Assembly (NCBI RefSeq): GCF_006345805.1
Contig: NW_021832812.1
Location: 1-39,975, forward strand
Source: Octopus sinensis
Lineage: Eukaryota
Direction: 5' to 3'
Length of the DNA stretch: 39,975 nucleotides
Positions 1 through 12,334 of the stretch are shown here, piece by piece (the first letter of the stretch is position 1; each line of letters begins with the position of its first letter). Position numbers and translations under genes: made by a program. Under the pieces are notes generated by a model. The model searched no databases, was not told the origin of the DNA, and saw nothing but the letters and a program-made list of their open reading frames with translations.

Positions 1-375
1 ATCAACATCGTCATCAGTATCATCACCACCACCACCACTACTGCCATCACACCATCAGTGCAACACTACCACCATCATTGTCATCCACCATCACCACCAC
101 CAGCATCTCATCAATATTTATTGCCACCACTACCACCACTGTCTCATCTTCATCATCACCAACATCATATCACTAACAACACAGCCACTACCAGCATCAT
201 CACCATCATCATCATGAGCTCTACCACCACCATCACCACGGCCACTTACAGTCACCATCACTATCATCATCATCATAATCATCATCATCATCATCATCAC
301 CAGCATCATATCACTAACAACACAGCCACTACCATCATCATCATCATCATCATCACCATAGCCATTGTCACGAAG
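1..375. repeat. Degenerate (CAT/CAC)n trinucleotide microsatellite
   Basis: Runs of catcat/caccac throughout; the His/Thr/Ile-rich ORF 58..381 is a by-product. Confidence 0.95.
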
Positions 376-599
376 AAATGATATGATACTTTGGATGATG
401 TGAAGCCTTACATGGATAATTGTGAACAGTTTTTGGTAGATTGAGGGTGTATGTATGTGTATAAGTATATCTATGTGTGAACGTGTGTATGTACATACAT
501 GAGTTATTTGTGTGGTGGTGTAATTTCTTTGGTCTGTTACACATGTGTACAGTTTATGTTAGATTCTATGCATGTGTGTTTATATACTAATATATATAA

Positions 600-690
600 A
601 CATAATAATAATATTTGGGAGTATAACTCCAAACTTACAGGGAAAAATTCAATTTAGTATTAAATCAAATTTCACAATATATATAAAATA
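600..690. repeat. Short dispersed repeat, second copy at ~34500-34575
   Basis: ccaaacttacagggaaaa(a)ttcaatttag...taaatcaaatttcacaa occurs in both places in the same orientation. Confidence 0.8.
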
Positions 691-784
691 TAAATAATTT
701 ATATTTTATATATGAATATATATATATATATGTACATATATGTATATATATAATATATATATGTACATATATGTATATATATAT

Positions 785-1070
785 AATAGTGTAATAAATA
801 AAATATAGCATACATACAAACATATATGTCCGTACCTACATCTACATGTATATATACATGCATATATAAATATATATACGTGTGTACAGGACACCACAAA
901 TAGACGTAGAACTCAACAAGAAATGAAAACGTAAAAACAGCATGGAACGTCTATTTGTGGTGTCCTGTACACACGTACATATATTTATATATGCATGTAT
1001 ATATACATGTAGATGTAGGTACGTACAAATATGTTTGTATGTATGCATATATTTTATTTATTACACTATT
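785..1070. repeat. Fold-back inverted repeat: ~123-bp arms (785-907, 947-1070), 39-nt loop
   Basis: Inner 29 bp cgtgtgtacaggacaccacaaatagacgt is perfectly inverted; outer arms match with a few mismatches/indels. Confidence 0.9.
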
Positions 1071-1154
1071 GTATGACTGAGCGCCTTCACGTCGATTCGA
1101 TTCGATTCGATTCGTTTGGTTTCGTTTCATTTTTTCTTCTTCTCTAAGCTGGTT

Positions 1155-1199
<45 letters not shown>

Positions 1200-1865
1200 T
1201 TCTATATGGACAAAAATATGGGTTATTTTGTAAGAATATTTCTGATGTTTATACATATACACAGTTTTTTATATATACATATGTATGTGTGAGTGTGTGT
1301 GTGTGTGTGTGTGTTGTTTTTGGATGATTCCAGTTCTTGTCAGTATATATGTATACAATTTTGTGCTTTGATTACAGCGTTAGAGCATTTTAGCTCTTAT
1401 TTCTAGCAATGTGAGTGTTCTTAACACCTCAGTCACATTTAGTTTTGTCAGTGAACAGGTCGCGGTCTTAAAGCGACGAAAATATTTCGACAAATTAAAC
1501 TTAAATGTGGAAGTGAATCGAACGGCTTTTGTGTGTTTCTTGAGTGGCTTACAAACACCTTCCACACTGCAATTGTTTTCGTTTCAGCACACGATCTCAG
1601 ATCAAATCACTTGCTATGCAAGTACATCTTTATAGGTTTTTATTTTTGGTGAAACATTGCAAACTGCCGACTAAATTAATATCATTATACATCCAGACAC
1701 ACAGAAAGTATCTCTGATATGCATTTTGTTGAGTTCATAGCTGTAACCTACACCAGTGTTGCATAACCAGCCACTCAAAAGTACCTTGGATTGTAGGATG
1801 ACATACTGTGCTTGAGTCAAGTACATCAACATCAGCAATATCAAAATCAAATCAAATGGAAATTC

Positions 1866-2200
1866 TCATTGTGAGCCCCGTGGCGTTAGCATGTAAAAGG
1901 CACCATCCAAACATGGCCAATGCCAGTGCCACCTTGACTGGCTTCTGTTCCGGTGGCATGTAAAAAGCACCATCTGATCATCGTCAATGCCAGCTCCTCT
2001 GGCCACTTGTGCCGGTGGCACATACAAAGCACCCACTACACTCACCAAGTGGTTGGCATTAGGAAAGGCATCCAGCTATAGAAACACTGCCAGATTAGAT
2101 TGGAGCCTGGTGCAGCCTCCTGGCTTCCCAGACCCCAGTCGAACCGTCCAACCCATGCTAGCATGGAAAGCGGACGTAAAACGATGTTGATGATGATGAT
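1866..2200 (+). mobile_element. SINE-like retroposon with 3' tail ...ggcatccagct...ccatgctagcatggaaa.cggacgt..(atg)n (family D)
   Basis: The same tail recurs inverted at 3136-3410 and 3477-3605 and degenerate at 8140-8295; it ends in (GAT)n. Confidence 0.7.
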
Positions 2201-2523
2201 ATACTTAAATACACACACAAAACATATTTCACCTATATGCTTACATACATATACTTACTTGTGTGTATACACATACAGACACACACATATGTACATGCAT
2301 ACATGTATGAAATATCTCACATATACTTACATAACAATGTGTGTGTCTATGTGAGTGAATGTGTGTGAATATGTGTGTGCTTACCAGCACCCACACCACT
2401 CACCATCATCCACACACCCACATGCTATCTTCAACAGTGTCACCACACATACTACTCTATGAGAAGCCACATGTTACAGACAGATACACTTTTACATGCA
2501 CATGCTCCCACATGTCAAAATCA

Positions 2524-2703
2524 CTAGCCCCTATTCACACACAGTGATGAAGTGTGAGACAGAAGTTGAGACTGGGTCTCAAAGTCGCGATCATCACTGC
2601 AGAGCCTGCACAGACAGAGGGATTTGGAATAAGGGATAGAAAGTTTGGTGTGGATAGGGTAGGAGGAGAAGTTAAAGTAGGAGTGTGAGTCGGTGTGCTT
2701 GTA
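2524..2703 (-). pseudogene. Relic of a second Penelope-like element RT thumb region (different clade from the 27-34 kb element)
   Basis: My minus-strand translation: YKHTDSHSYFNFSSYPIHTKLSIPYSKSLCLCRLCSDDRDFETQSQLLSHTSSLCVNRG*. This matches the PLE consensus YxKPTDxxxYLxxxSxHPxHxKxSIPYSQFLRxRRxCS...RGY as I recall it. Confidence 0.75.
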
Positions 2704-2740
2704 GTATATATATCATCATCAGCATCATCACCATCATATT

Positions 2741-3129
2741 TTACTTGTTTCAGTCATTTGACTGTGGCCATGCTGGAGCACTGCCTTTAGTCGAGCGAAT
2801 CGACCCCAGGACTTATTCTTTGTAAGCCTAGTACTTATTCTATCGTTTTTTTTGCCGAACCGCTAAGTTACAGGGACGTATACACACCAGCATCAGTTGT
2901 CAAGCTATGTTGGGGGGGGGACAAACACAGACACACAAACACACGCACATATATATATATATGCATATATACAACGGGCTTCTTTCAGTTTCCGTCTACC
3001 AAATCCACTCACAAGGCTTTGGTCGACCCAAGGCTATAGTAGAAGACACTTGCCCAAGGTGGCATGCAGTGGGACTGAACCCAGAACCATGTGGTTGGTA
3101 AACAAGCTACTTACCACACAGCCACTCCT
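2741..3129 (-). mobile_element. tRNA-derived SINE, family A (bipartite, internal (TA)/(TG) tract)
   Basis: On the minus strand it starts ggagtggctgtgtggtaag (A-box-like) ... ggttcagtccc (B-box-like), then gcaccttgggcaagtgtctt; many copies in the window. Confidence 0.85.
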
Positions 3130-3135
3130 ATGCAT

Positions 3136-3605
3136 CATCGTTTAACGTCCGTTTTTCATGCTAGCATGCGTTGGACAGTTCAACCGGGGCCTGGGAAGCC
3201 AGGAGGCTGCGCCAGGCTCCAGTCTGATCTGGCAGTATTTCTACAGCTGGATGCCCTTCCTAACGCCAACCACTCCATAAGTGTAGTGGGTGCTTTTAAA
3301 GTGCCACAGGAGGCTGGCAAACGGCCACGATCGGTTGATGCTTTTTACGTGTCACCAACACGGATGCCAGTCAGGCGGCGCTGGCATCAGCCACATTCAG
3401 ATGGTGCTTTTAACATATATATATATGTATGTATGTATGTATACATATATGTGTGTCATCATCATCATCATCATCATCGTTTAGCGTCCGTTTTCCATGC
3501 TAGCATGGGTTGGACGGTTCTACTGGGGTCTGTGAAGCCAGAAGGCTTCATCAGGCCCAGTCAAATCTGGCAGTGTTTCTACGGCTGGATGCCCTTCCTA
3601 ACGCC
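3136..3605 (-). mobile_element. Two partial family-D SINE-like copies separated by a TA/CAT tract
   Basis: Reverse complement of the 2040-2200 tail at ~3136-3410 and ~3477-3605. Confidence 0.7.
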
Positions 3606-4090
3606 ATCATATATGTATATATATATATTATATATGTTATATAATATGTATATATATATATGTATATATATGTATATATTGTATATATCTATATATTGTT
3701 TATATATCGTATATATAATGTATATATATGTATATATATATATTATATTGTATATATATATATGTATATATCTATATGTGTGGTATTATATATATATATA
3801 TATATGTATATATATGTATATAATGTATATCTCTATATATGTGTGTGTATATATATATATATATATATGATATATCTGCATATATATATGTATATATATG
3901 TATATATATGTATATATCTATATATGGTGTATATTATATATATATATATATGTATATATGTATATATATGTGTGTATATATATATATAATATATATTAAT
4001 ATATATATATTTGTGTTATATATATATATGTATATGTTTATGCATGTATGTGTGTATATATACATATACGCACATATATACACACACACA
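3606..4090. repeat. Degenerate (TA)n/(TG)n microsatellite
   Basis: Direct reading. Confidence 0.95.
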
Positions 4091-4194
4091 TACTTCTATA
4101 CCAAATATTGTTCAGTGAGCGTTCATATCTCTAGATTATTAGTAAATTATAAATACTTAAACCATTATATCTGTCTTCTTGGAGCTATTTCCAA

Positions 4195-5071
4195 GTATGA
4201 TGATCATCATCAGCAGCAGCACCACCATCACCTCATATATCATCATCATCATCTTAAAAATCATTATCATCATCATTAAAAAAAATAAACGCATCATTGT
4301 TGTCATCATCACCATCATCATCATCCTCAATGTTATCATCACCATCATCATCATCATCATTGTTGTTAATCATCACCATCCTTATCATTTCTACCGACAC
4401 CTGCACTATTGTCATCATCATCACCATCACCACCATTGTCATTGTCATCACCATCATCACCGCTACCTCTACCATCATGATATTTATAATCATCATCCCA
4501 TCATCATCATCACCATCATCATTATCACCACCACCACCATCATCATCATTATCACCACCACCACCACCACCATCATCATCATTATCAGCAGCACCACCAC
4601 CATCATTATCACCACCACCACAAACACCACCGTCATCATAATCATCATCACCATCAACATTATCATCATCATCATCATTATCACCACCACCACCACCATC
4701 ATCATCATCATTATCACCACCACCACCATCATCATCATAATCGTTGTGATCTAGCTACTCCTCCTCTCCTCCTTTTCATCATAATCTTAATCATCATCAT
4801 CATCATCATCATCATCATTGTTATTGTTGTTAGTATTATTATCATTATTGCTATTATTACTGCTATTATCTTTGGTGTCATCATCATCATCGTCATCATC
4901 GTCATCATCTTCGTTACTATCATCGCTATTGTTGTCACTGTTATCTTTGGCGGCGATATCCTCCTTTTCTGCCTAATCCTCCTCACTCTCTTCCTCCTCT
5001 CCTCCTCATCATCATCAATATTGCTATTATACTATTATTATAGGATATCATCATCATCATAAAAGAAATCA

Positions 5072-5108
<37 letters not shown>

Positions 5109-5225
5109 CATCATTATTATTATTGTTATTATTATTATTATTGTTATTAATATTATTATTATTATTATTGTTATTAATATTATTATTATTGTTATTAATA
5201 TTATTATTATTATTATTGTTATTAA

Positions 5226-5271
<46 letters not shown>

Positions 5272-5401
5272 ATTATTATTATTATTATTATTATTATTAT
5301 CATCATTATTATTATTGTTATTATTATTATTATTATTGTTATTATTATTATTATTATTATTATCATCATTATTATCATCATCATCATTATTATTATTATT
5401 A

Positions 5402-5436
<35 letters not shown>

Positions 5437-5606
5437 GTCATTGCTATTCTTCTTCTTCTCGTTATTATTATTATTAGTAGTAGTAGCAGTAGTAGTAGTA
5501 TTGTCATTGTTATTCTCTTTATGATTATTATTATTAATATTATTATTATTTAATTTTTATTATTATCATTATTATTATTATCATTATTTAATTTTTTTTA
5601 TTATTA

Positions 5607-5644
<38 letters not shown>

Positions 5645-5687
5645 TTATTTTATTATCATAATTATTATTATTTTATTATTATTATTA

Positions 5688-5736
<49 letters not shown>

Positions 5737-5848
5737 GTCATTGTTATTCTCTTTATGATTATTATTATTAATATTATTATTATTTACTTTTTATTATTAT
5801 CATTATTTTTTATTATTATCATTATTATTATTATTATTATTATTATTC
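4195..5848. repeat. (CAT/CAC)n array grading into a long (ATT)n array
   Basis: Direct reading; source of the poly-Ile/Leu/Met ORFs. Confidence 0.95.
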
Positions 5849-6023
5849 CTGCTTAAATTTTTCCAATCTTGTCTCCAGAATTATATAATGACTTATCAGC
5901 AGTCCCTTTTTGTTTTCTTTCAGTCCGCCGGCAACCCCCACACCACCACCACCACCGCCACACCAACCAACCAACCAACCAACCAACCAACAACTCATCC
6001 CCCCCCCCCCACCCCACCCATAA

Positions 6024-6139
6024 ACTACCACGTGATGGGATTGAACCGAAATTACCAAGCTCTTTAGCTAAACCAGAAATAAATGCATTGACAGGTGTAC
6101 TCAGGAAAACACGAATGCACTTGTGTCTCTGCATGCGAG
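6024..6139. repeat. ~115-bp non-microsatellite segment duplicated at 10179-10294 (direct)
   Basis: ggattgaacc.aaattaccaagctctttagctaa.ccagaaataaatgcattgacagg.gtactcaggaaaacacgaatgcacttgtgtctctgcatgcgag is shared, with 3 substitutions in the core. Confidence 0.9.
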
Positions 6140-6199
6140 TGCATGCATGCGTGCTTACTTTCGTACAAGTGCAAGAGAACAGTGTATGTGACAGTGCGT

Positions 6200-6770
6200 A
6201 TGTATGTGTGTGCATGTCATTGTATATATATGTTTGTGTGTGTCTGTGTGTGTGTATATATATATGTATATATATATATATATATATACATAGACTCATA
6301 CACACAAACGCACATATGCCTACAAACATACACACATATATATATTTGTATATGTATACTGTATTATATATATATATATATATATATACATACACATATA
6401 TATGTATATATAAATTCGCGTGTGTATGTGTTTGTATATATATAGACTCATACGCACAAAAGCATATATATGTACAGACATACACACATATATATATTTG
6501 TATATGTATACTGTATTAAATATATATACATGCACACACATATATATAAATTCGTGTGTGTGTGTGTGTCTGTGTGTAAATCGAACTATATATACATAAA
6601 TATGAATATATGTGTATATATTATGTATATGAATGTATATATATTATATATGTGTATTTGTGTGTATGTGTTTGTATCTATATATATATGTGTGTATTTA
6701 CATATGTACGTATGTATGTATGTATGTATGTATGTTATGTATATATGTGTGTGCCTGTATATGTATGTAT
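6200..6770. repeat. (TA)/(TG)/(CA) tract containing a ~150-bp tandem duplication
   Basis: tagactcatac...tttgtatatgtatactgtatta...aaattcg occurs twice (~6290-6435, ~6440-6560). Confidence 0.75.
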
Positions 6771-6975
6771 GTATGCAATCCTTGTTGCCTATTAAAGAAG
6801 ACAACAAGGATTGTATACACTCGATGGAACTTCCATCTACCAAATCCACTCACAAGGCTTCAGTGATCCCAAGACTATAGTAAAAGCCACTTGCCCCAGG
6901 TGCCACCCAGTGGGGCTAAATCCAAATCTATGTGATTGGGAAGCGAAGCAAACACCTAATTCACACAACCATGCC
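6770..6975 (-). mobile_element. Partial, diverged family-A SINE
   Basis: ccaaatccactcacaaggct...cacttgccc.aggtgccac is shared with 2741-3129. Confidence 0.75.
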
Positions 6976-6976
6976 C

Positions 6977-7008
<32 letters not shown>

Positions 7009-8303
7009 AGACCAGCAAAATCTACCCTCTTTATAATGCTGGCAAATGAAATAGAGATAAGAATCTGCATTGTCCATTTGACTGGAAAATTCTATAAGTG
7101 GCTGAAGATTGCTCGACATTTTAAAACTGATGTAATACTTACAGTGTTTAATAAAATGAAGTAGCATGAAACATTGTACTACTCTACCTCGGATATACTT
7201 GTTAGTTATTTGATTATATATATATATATATATATATATTATAGATAATATACATATATATTTAGGCGTGGGTGTTTACTGTATTGAAGTTCACTCTCAT
7301 TATCTCCTCTTTTTCCCAGTTTCTGTTTTTGCAAAGTTGATTGCACTTTTGCACTCATGCTCTCTCACTTAACCCACTCCTCACCATTTTCCCTCCCCCT
7401 TTTACCTTAATACCTAATTACTTCAATGGTGCATCTAATGCATTAACCAGCTCTCCCTTCATTCCATGAACTTCCCTCCCTCTCCTTCAAATGGGTCCTT
7501 GATTTGCGTAAACTTTTACTCTATAACCCTTCTACTCTACTTAACAACAAGCCAAGAACTTTCCCCATCTATTGAGCTTATTTGTAACACATGTTCTTTA
7601 AACCCACAACTATATTAGTCTTCTTGGACCCAGTCAGTGTTTCTTCTCTGTCACTATTTTACATTCACCAGTAGAAGTATCCTTATCAATATCTTAAATG
7701 TCAGTTCTGTGATCTCTTATATATTTGGGGAAATCAGTTGTAGGTTTGCAGATTTTATGACACTGAACAACTGCATAAGCAATGCCCCACCATCTCTCAG
7801 CTACTTTGACTAACTGTGCACACTTTTTCATGTGTCTCCCCATTTGGATCCTTTTAGTATTTCACACTGTAGCGCTTTTGTTTCTCACTATCATAAAGAA
7901 CAATATCTCATCTTCTGCCTCAGCCTTTTCCCACCCTTGACCTAGAATAGTGTACTACATTCGCATAGATGTAAGTTAGTGGACTATATATCTGCTATGT
8001 GATATCTGCCTAAGCAACACCCTGTTTCCTGACTTTTGGCACTTCATCTTACTACACACAGAGGTTCTTTATCTCACAGTCCACATTTATTTGTATTTCA
8101 CTGCGTAATAATTCTGTTTGGTGCCATGGAAAAAGTATCCAGTCCACATTCTAAGGTGGTTAGTATTTGGAAGGGCGTCCAGCTGTAAAAAACCATGCCA
8201 AAACAGAAAGTGGTAATTGGTGCAGTCTTCTTCCTTGCTAGCTTCTCTCAGACTGTCAAACCTATGCCAGTATGGAAAACATTTGATAATGATGATATAT
8301 ATT

Positions 8304-8344
<41 letters not shown>

Positions 8345-8414
8345 TATATATATATTATATATTATGTATGTATAATATAATATCATACACATATATGTAA
8401 AATTATATTCTTTT

Positions 8415-8634
8415 ATTCCTTTATTTGTTTCAGTCGCTTGACTGATGCCATGCTGGAGTACCACCTTTAGTCGACCAAATCGACCCCACGACTTATTCTT
8501 TGTAAGCCTAGTACTTATTCTATCCGTCTCTTGTGCTGAATCGCTAAGTTACGGGCGTATAAACACACCAACATCGGTTGTCAAGTGATGAAGGGGGGAC
8601 AAACACAGACACACAAATACACACACACACACAA

Positions 8635-8682
<48 letters not shown>

Positions 8683-8862
8683 ATATATAAATACATATAT
8701 ACATATATGACATGCTTCTTTCAGTTTCCATATACGAAATCCACTCACAAGGCTATGGTCTCTCCGAGACTATAATAGAAAACACTAGCCTAAGTTGCCC
8801 CGCAATGAGAGCGAACCCAGAACCATATGGTTTGTAAGCAAGCTACTTACCACACAGCCACA
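8415..8862 (-). mobile_element. Family-A SINE
   Basis: Collinear with 2741-3129, including the internal TA/TG tract. Confidence 0.85.
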
Positions 8863-9239
8863 TAATACATTATACACATATTTAAAATTATATGTATATA
8901 TATGTATGTATATATGTGTTTATATATATATATATATACACAAACACATGTATGCACATATATATATGTATATATATATACATACAATATATATATTATA
9001 CACCATATATTTAAAATTATATAAACACACACACATATCTATGTATGTATGTATGTATATATATATATATATACACACACACACATATATATATATATAC
9101 AAAGAGAGAGAGTGACAGACAGAGTAGTGAGAGGCTTACAACTTAAATATTGATCACTAAGTGCTCATGGATGTAGATTATCGCTAAATTATAAATAGTT
9201 AAATCATTATATTTGTCCTCGTTGAGTTATTTTTGAGAA

Positions 9240-9241
9240 TG

Positions 9242-9299
<58 letters not shown>

Positions 9300-10060
9300 T
9301 AATAATAATAATAGAGATAAAAATAAAAATTTGTTAATATTGTTATTATCATTATTATTATTATTTCTAATATTTTACTTCCTACCGCCACCGCTATAAC
9401 TACCACCAACTCTACTACCATAACTAATACTACTGCCACTACTACTGCTACCACAACTACTAATACTACTACCACCACAACCACAACCAACACTGCTACT
9501 ACTTCTACCACCACTACTATCACAACTACAACCAACACTACTACTACTTCTACCACCACCACTACTACCACAACTACAACCAACACTCCTGCTAATACTA
9601 CTACTACGACTACCACCACCACTACTACCATAACTAATACTACCACCACTACTATTGCAACTACATCTACTGATACTACTACTACTACCACAACTACAAC
9701 CAACACTATTACTACTTCTGCCACTACCACCAACGCTACTACCATAACTAATACTACCACCACTACTACTGCTTCTACAACTACTGATACTACTACTACC
9801 ACAACCCCAACTACAACCAACACTACTACTAATACTACTGCTACTACTACTACTACTACCTTAACTAATACTACTACCATTACTACTGCTACCACAACCA
9901 CAACTACAACCAACACTACTACAAATACTACAATCACTACTACTACTACCACAACCACAACTACAACCAACGCTTCTATTAATACTTCTTCTGATACTAC
10001 TACCACCACTGCTCTACTACTACTACTACTTTACTGCTGCTGCTGATGGTGATGATGATG
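9240..10060. repeat. (AAT)n then compound (ACT/ACC/ACA)n array with recurring accacaactacaaccaacactact units
   Basis: Direct reading; source of the poly-Val ORF 9227..10009. Confidence 0.95.
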
Positions 10061-10342
10061 CTGCTTGAATTTTCTGAAACCCGACTTAAAAGTTGTGTAA
10101 CGGTTTATCAGCAATTTCTGCTATAGTATTGTTTTTTTTGTTTCTTTTTTTCCCCATTTTGTCTTTTTCCCCTACCTTACTACCATGTGACCGGATTGAA
10201 CCTAAATTACCAAGCTCTTTAGCTAAGCCAGAAATAAATGCATTGACAGGCGTACTCAGGAAAACACGAATGCACTTGTGTCTCTGCATGCGAGATGCAA
10301 CAATGTTTAGCAATGACCGTACACACATTACAAATGTATATA

Positions 10343-10376
<34 letters not shown>

Positions 10377-10615
10377 TGTGTGATAGATATGTATATAAGT
10401 ATATATATATATATATATACTTACATATGTACATATTTGTATTTCTATATATGGATATATACATACATATGTACATATACGCATATATATATATATATAC
10501 ACACATTTAGTTACATGTATATATAGATATATATATATATATAAAATATATATATATATATGCATCTCATCCATCCATACATACACATATGTGAATATAT
10601 ATATATTTAGTGTAG

Positions 10616-10741
10616 GAAGAAATGGAGCTGAACGAAGATTTAATAAAATTCCTTTTTATTATTTTCTACATATGTTTGCTACCCAGTTATCGGTTATCAT
10701 TTGAATTATCCATAATAAGATAATTCATTTATCTACTTCAA

Positions 10742-10745
<4 letters not shown>
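10616..10745. mobile_element. 130-bp miniature derivative carrying both termini of the inverted PLE composite, flanked by (TA)n
   Basis: 10616-10677 resembles the composite left end (gaagaaatggagctgaacg.agatt.aa...ctaca..tgttt, cf. 26908-26973). 10675-10745 resembles the right end (tttgctac...tatcggtta...aagat.attcat.t.tcta.ttca.ataat, cf. 34051-34124). Confidence 0.75.
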
Positions 10746-10790
<45 letters not shown>

Positions 10791-10801
10791 ATGTGTATGT
10801 G

Positions 10802-10844
<43 letters not shown>

Positions 10845-10856
10845 TTATGTATATAT

Positions 10857-11768
10857 AAGGTTAGGATTGGCAATGAGTATAGTGAAGAATTCCAGATAGA
10901 AGTAGGCGTCCACCAAGGTTCAGCCCTCAGTCCCCTTTTATTCATCATAGTCCTTCAGGCAATAACAGAGGAATTTAAGACAGGTTGTTCCTGGGAGCTC
11001 CTCTATGCTGATGACCTGGCCCTCATAGCAGAATCCCTACCAGAATTAGAAAAGAAATTTTGGGTGTGGAAGCTAGGTTTAGAATTGAAGGGCCTTTAGA
11101 GTCAATGTTGCAAAGACCAAAGTTCTAGTAAGTAGGAAGGTAAACTAACCACACACTCATTCAGGTAGGTGGCCCTGCTCGATCTGTAGAAAAGGTGTAG
11201 GTAGAAACTCCATAAGATGTACCCAGTGTAAGCTATGGACACATAAGAGGTGTAGCAGCATCAAAGGAAGATTAACTGAGAAGATAGCTTTTGCGTGCGG
11301 CAGATGCACAGGAGCAATAAACACCACAGATGCTCAGAAAACAGATTCCATCACATGCTAGGGGGAGAAACTAGAAGTAGTTGATAGCTTCCACTACATA
11401 GGTGACCAAGTTAGTAGTGGGGGTGGATGCTCAGGGAGTGTTACCACTAGAATAAGAATAGCCTGGGCAAAGTTCAGAAAGCTTCTACTCCTACTGATGA
11501 CAAAGGTCTCTTGCTTAGAGTGAAAGGTAGATTGTACGATGCATGTGTGCAAACTGCCGGAGGACATGCATAGGCTTGAAAGAAATGAAGCTAGCATGAT
11601 CTGCTGGATGTGTAATGTCAGTGTGCACACATGACAGAGTGTAAGCACCCTGAGAGAAATGTTAGACATAAGAAGCATCGGATGTGGCGTGCAAGAGAGA
11701 CGTTTGCGCTGGTATGGTCATGTACTACGGATGGACGAGGAGAAATGTGAAGAAGAACCACTCTCAAA
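10857..11768 (+). pseudogene. Decayed RTE-type non-LTR retrotransposon ORF2 fragment (RT) with embedded PHD finger
   Basis: VGVHQGSALSPLLF...ELLYADDL...(frameshift)RVNVAKTKV...VVDSFHYIGD...RIRIAWAKF...RRLRWYGHVLR; in-frame stops and frameshifts; C4HC3 cluster at 11176-11307. Confidence 0.9.
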
Positions 11769-11990
11769 CATATATATATGTATGTATATATACTATATAT
11801 ATATATATATATATAATAATATATATATATAGGAAAGTAGAGTTAGCAGTTGGAACAGTTGGAATAACCATCTAATGGATAAGAATATCTGTTATTACTA
11901 CCGGTTTAATTTACCTTTGTTAGATATGCAAGCATACTATACACATAGAATACAGATAATAACAGAATAGACAAGAGTTTATCAGGAATC

Positions 11991-12326
11991 AAATTTAAAA
12001 TGAACAGGAAATAGAAATAACTTTTGGTCAACAAACCAATTGACTACCATCAGTTAAATAGTTTTTTATACAAAACTTGAACATTGCTTACAGCCGTTTC
12101 TGCTACCAATGTCAGTTGGTACTAGCAAAGAAAATTATGAGAATAACATTCATGCTATAAAGATGAAAAATATTTTTCTCAATTTTCTTTGCTAGCACCA
12201 AGTGACATTGGCAGCAGAAACGGCTGTAAGTAATGTTCAAGTTTTCTATTTAAAAATATTTAACCAATGGTAGTCGATTGGTTTGTTGCCCAAGAGTTTC
12301 TCCATTTTGTGCTCATTTTAAAGTTT
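11991..12326. repeat. Fold-back inverted repeat: ~150-bp arms (11991-12143, 12176-12326), ~32-nt loop
   Basis: aaaacttgaacatt.cttacagccgtttctgct.ccaatgtca.ttggt.ctagcaaagaaaatt and its reverse complement; outer part more diverged. Confidence 0.85.
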
Positions 12327-12334
12327 ATATATAT

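Noticed and set aside
7280-8140. Possible decayed LINE coding fragment
   Set aside because: I could not recover any RT or endonuclease motif in the frames I tried.
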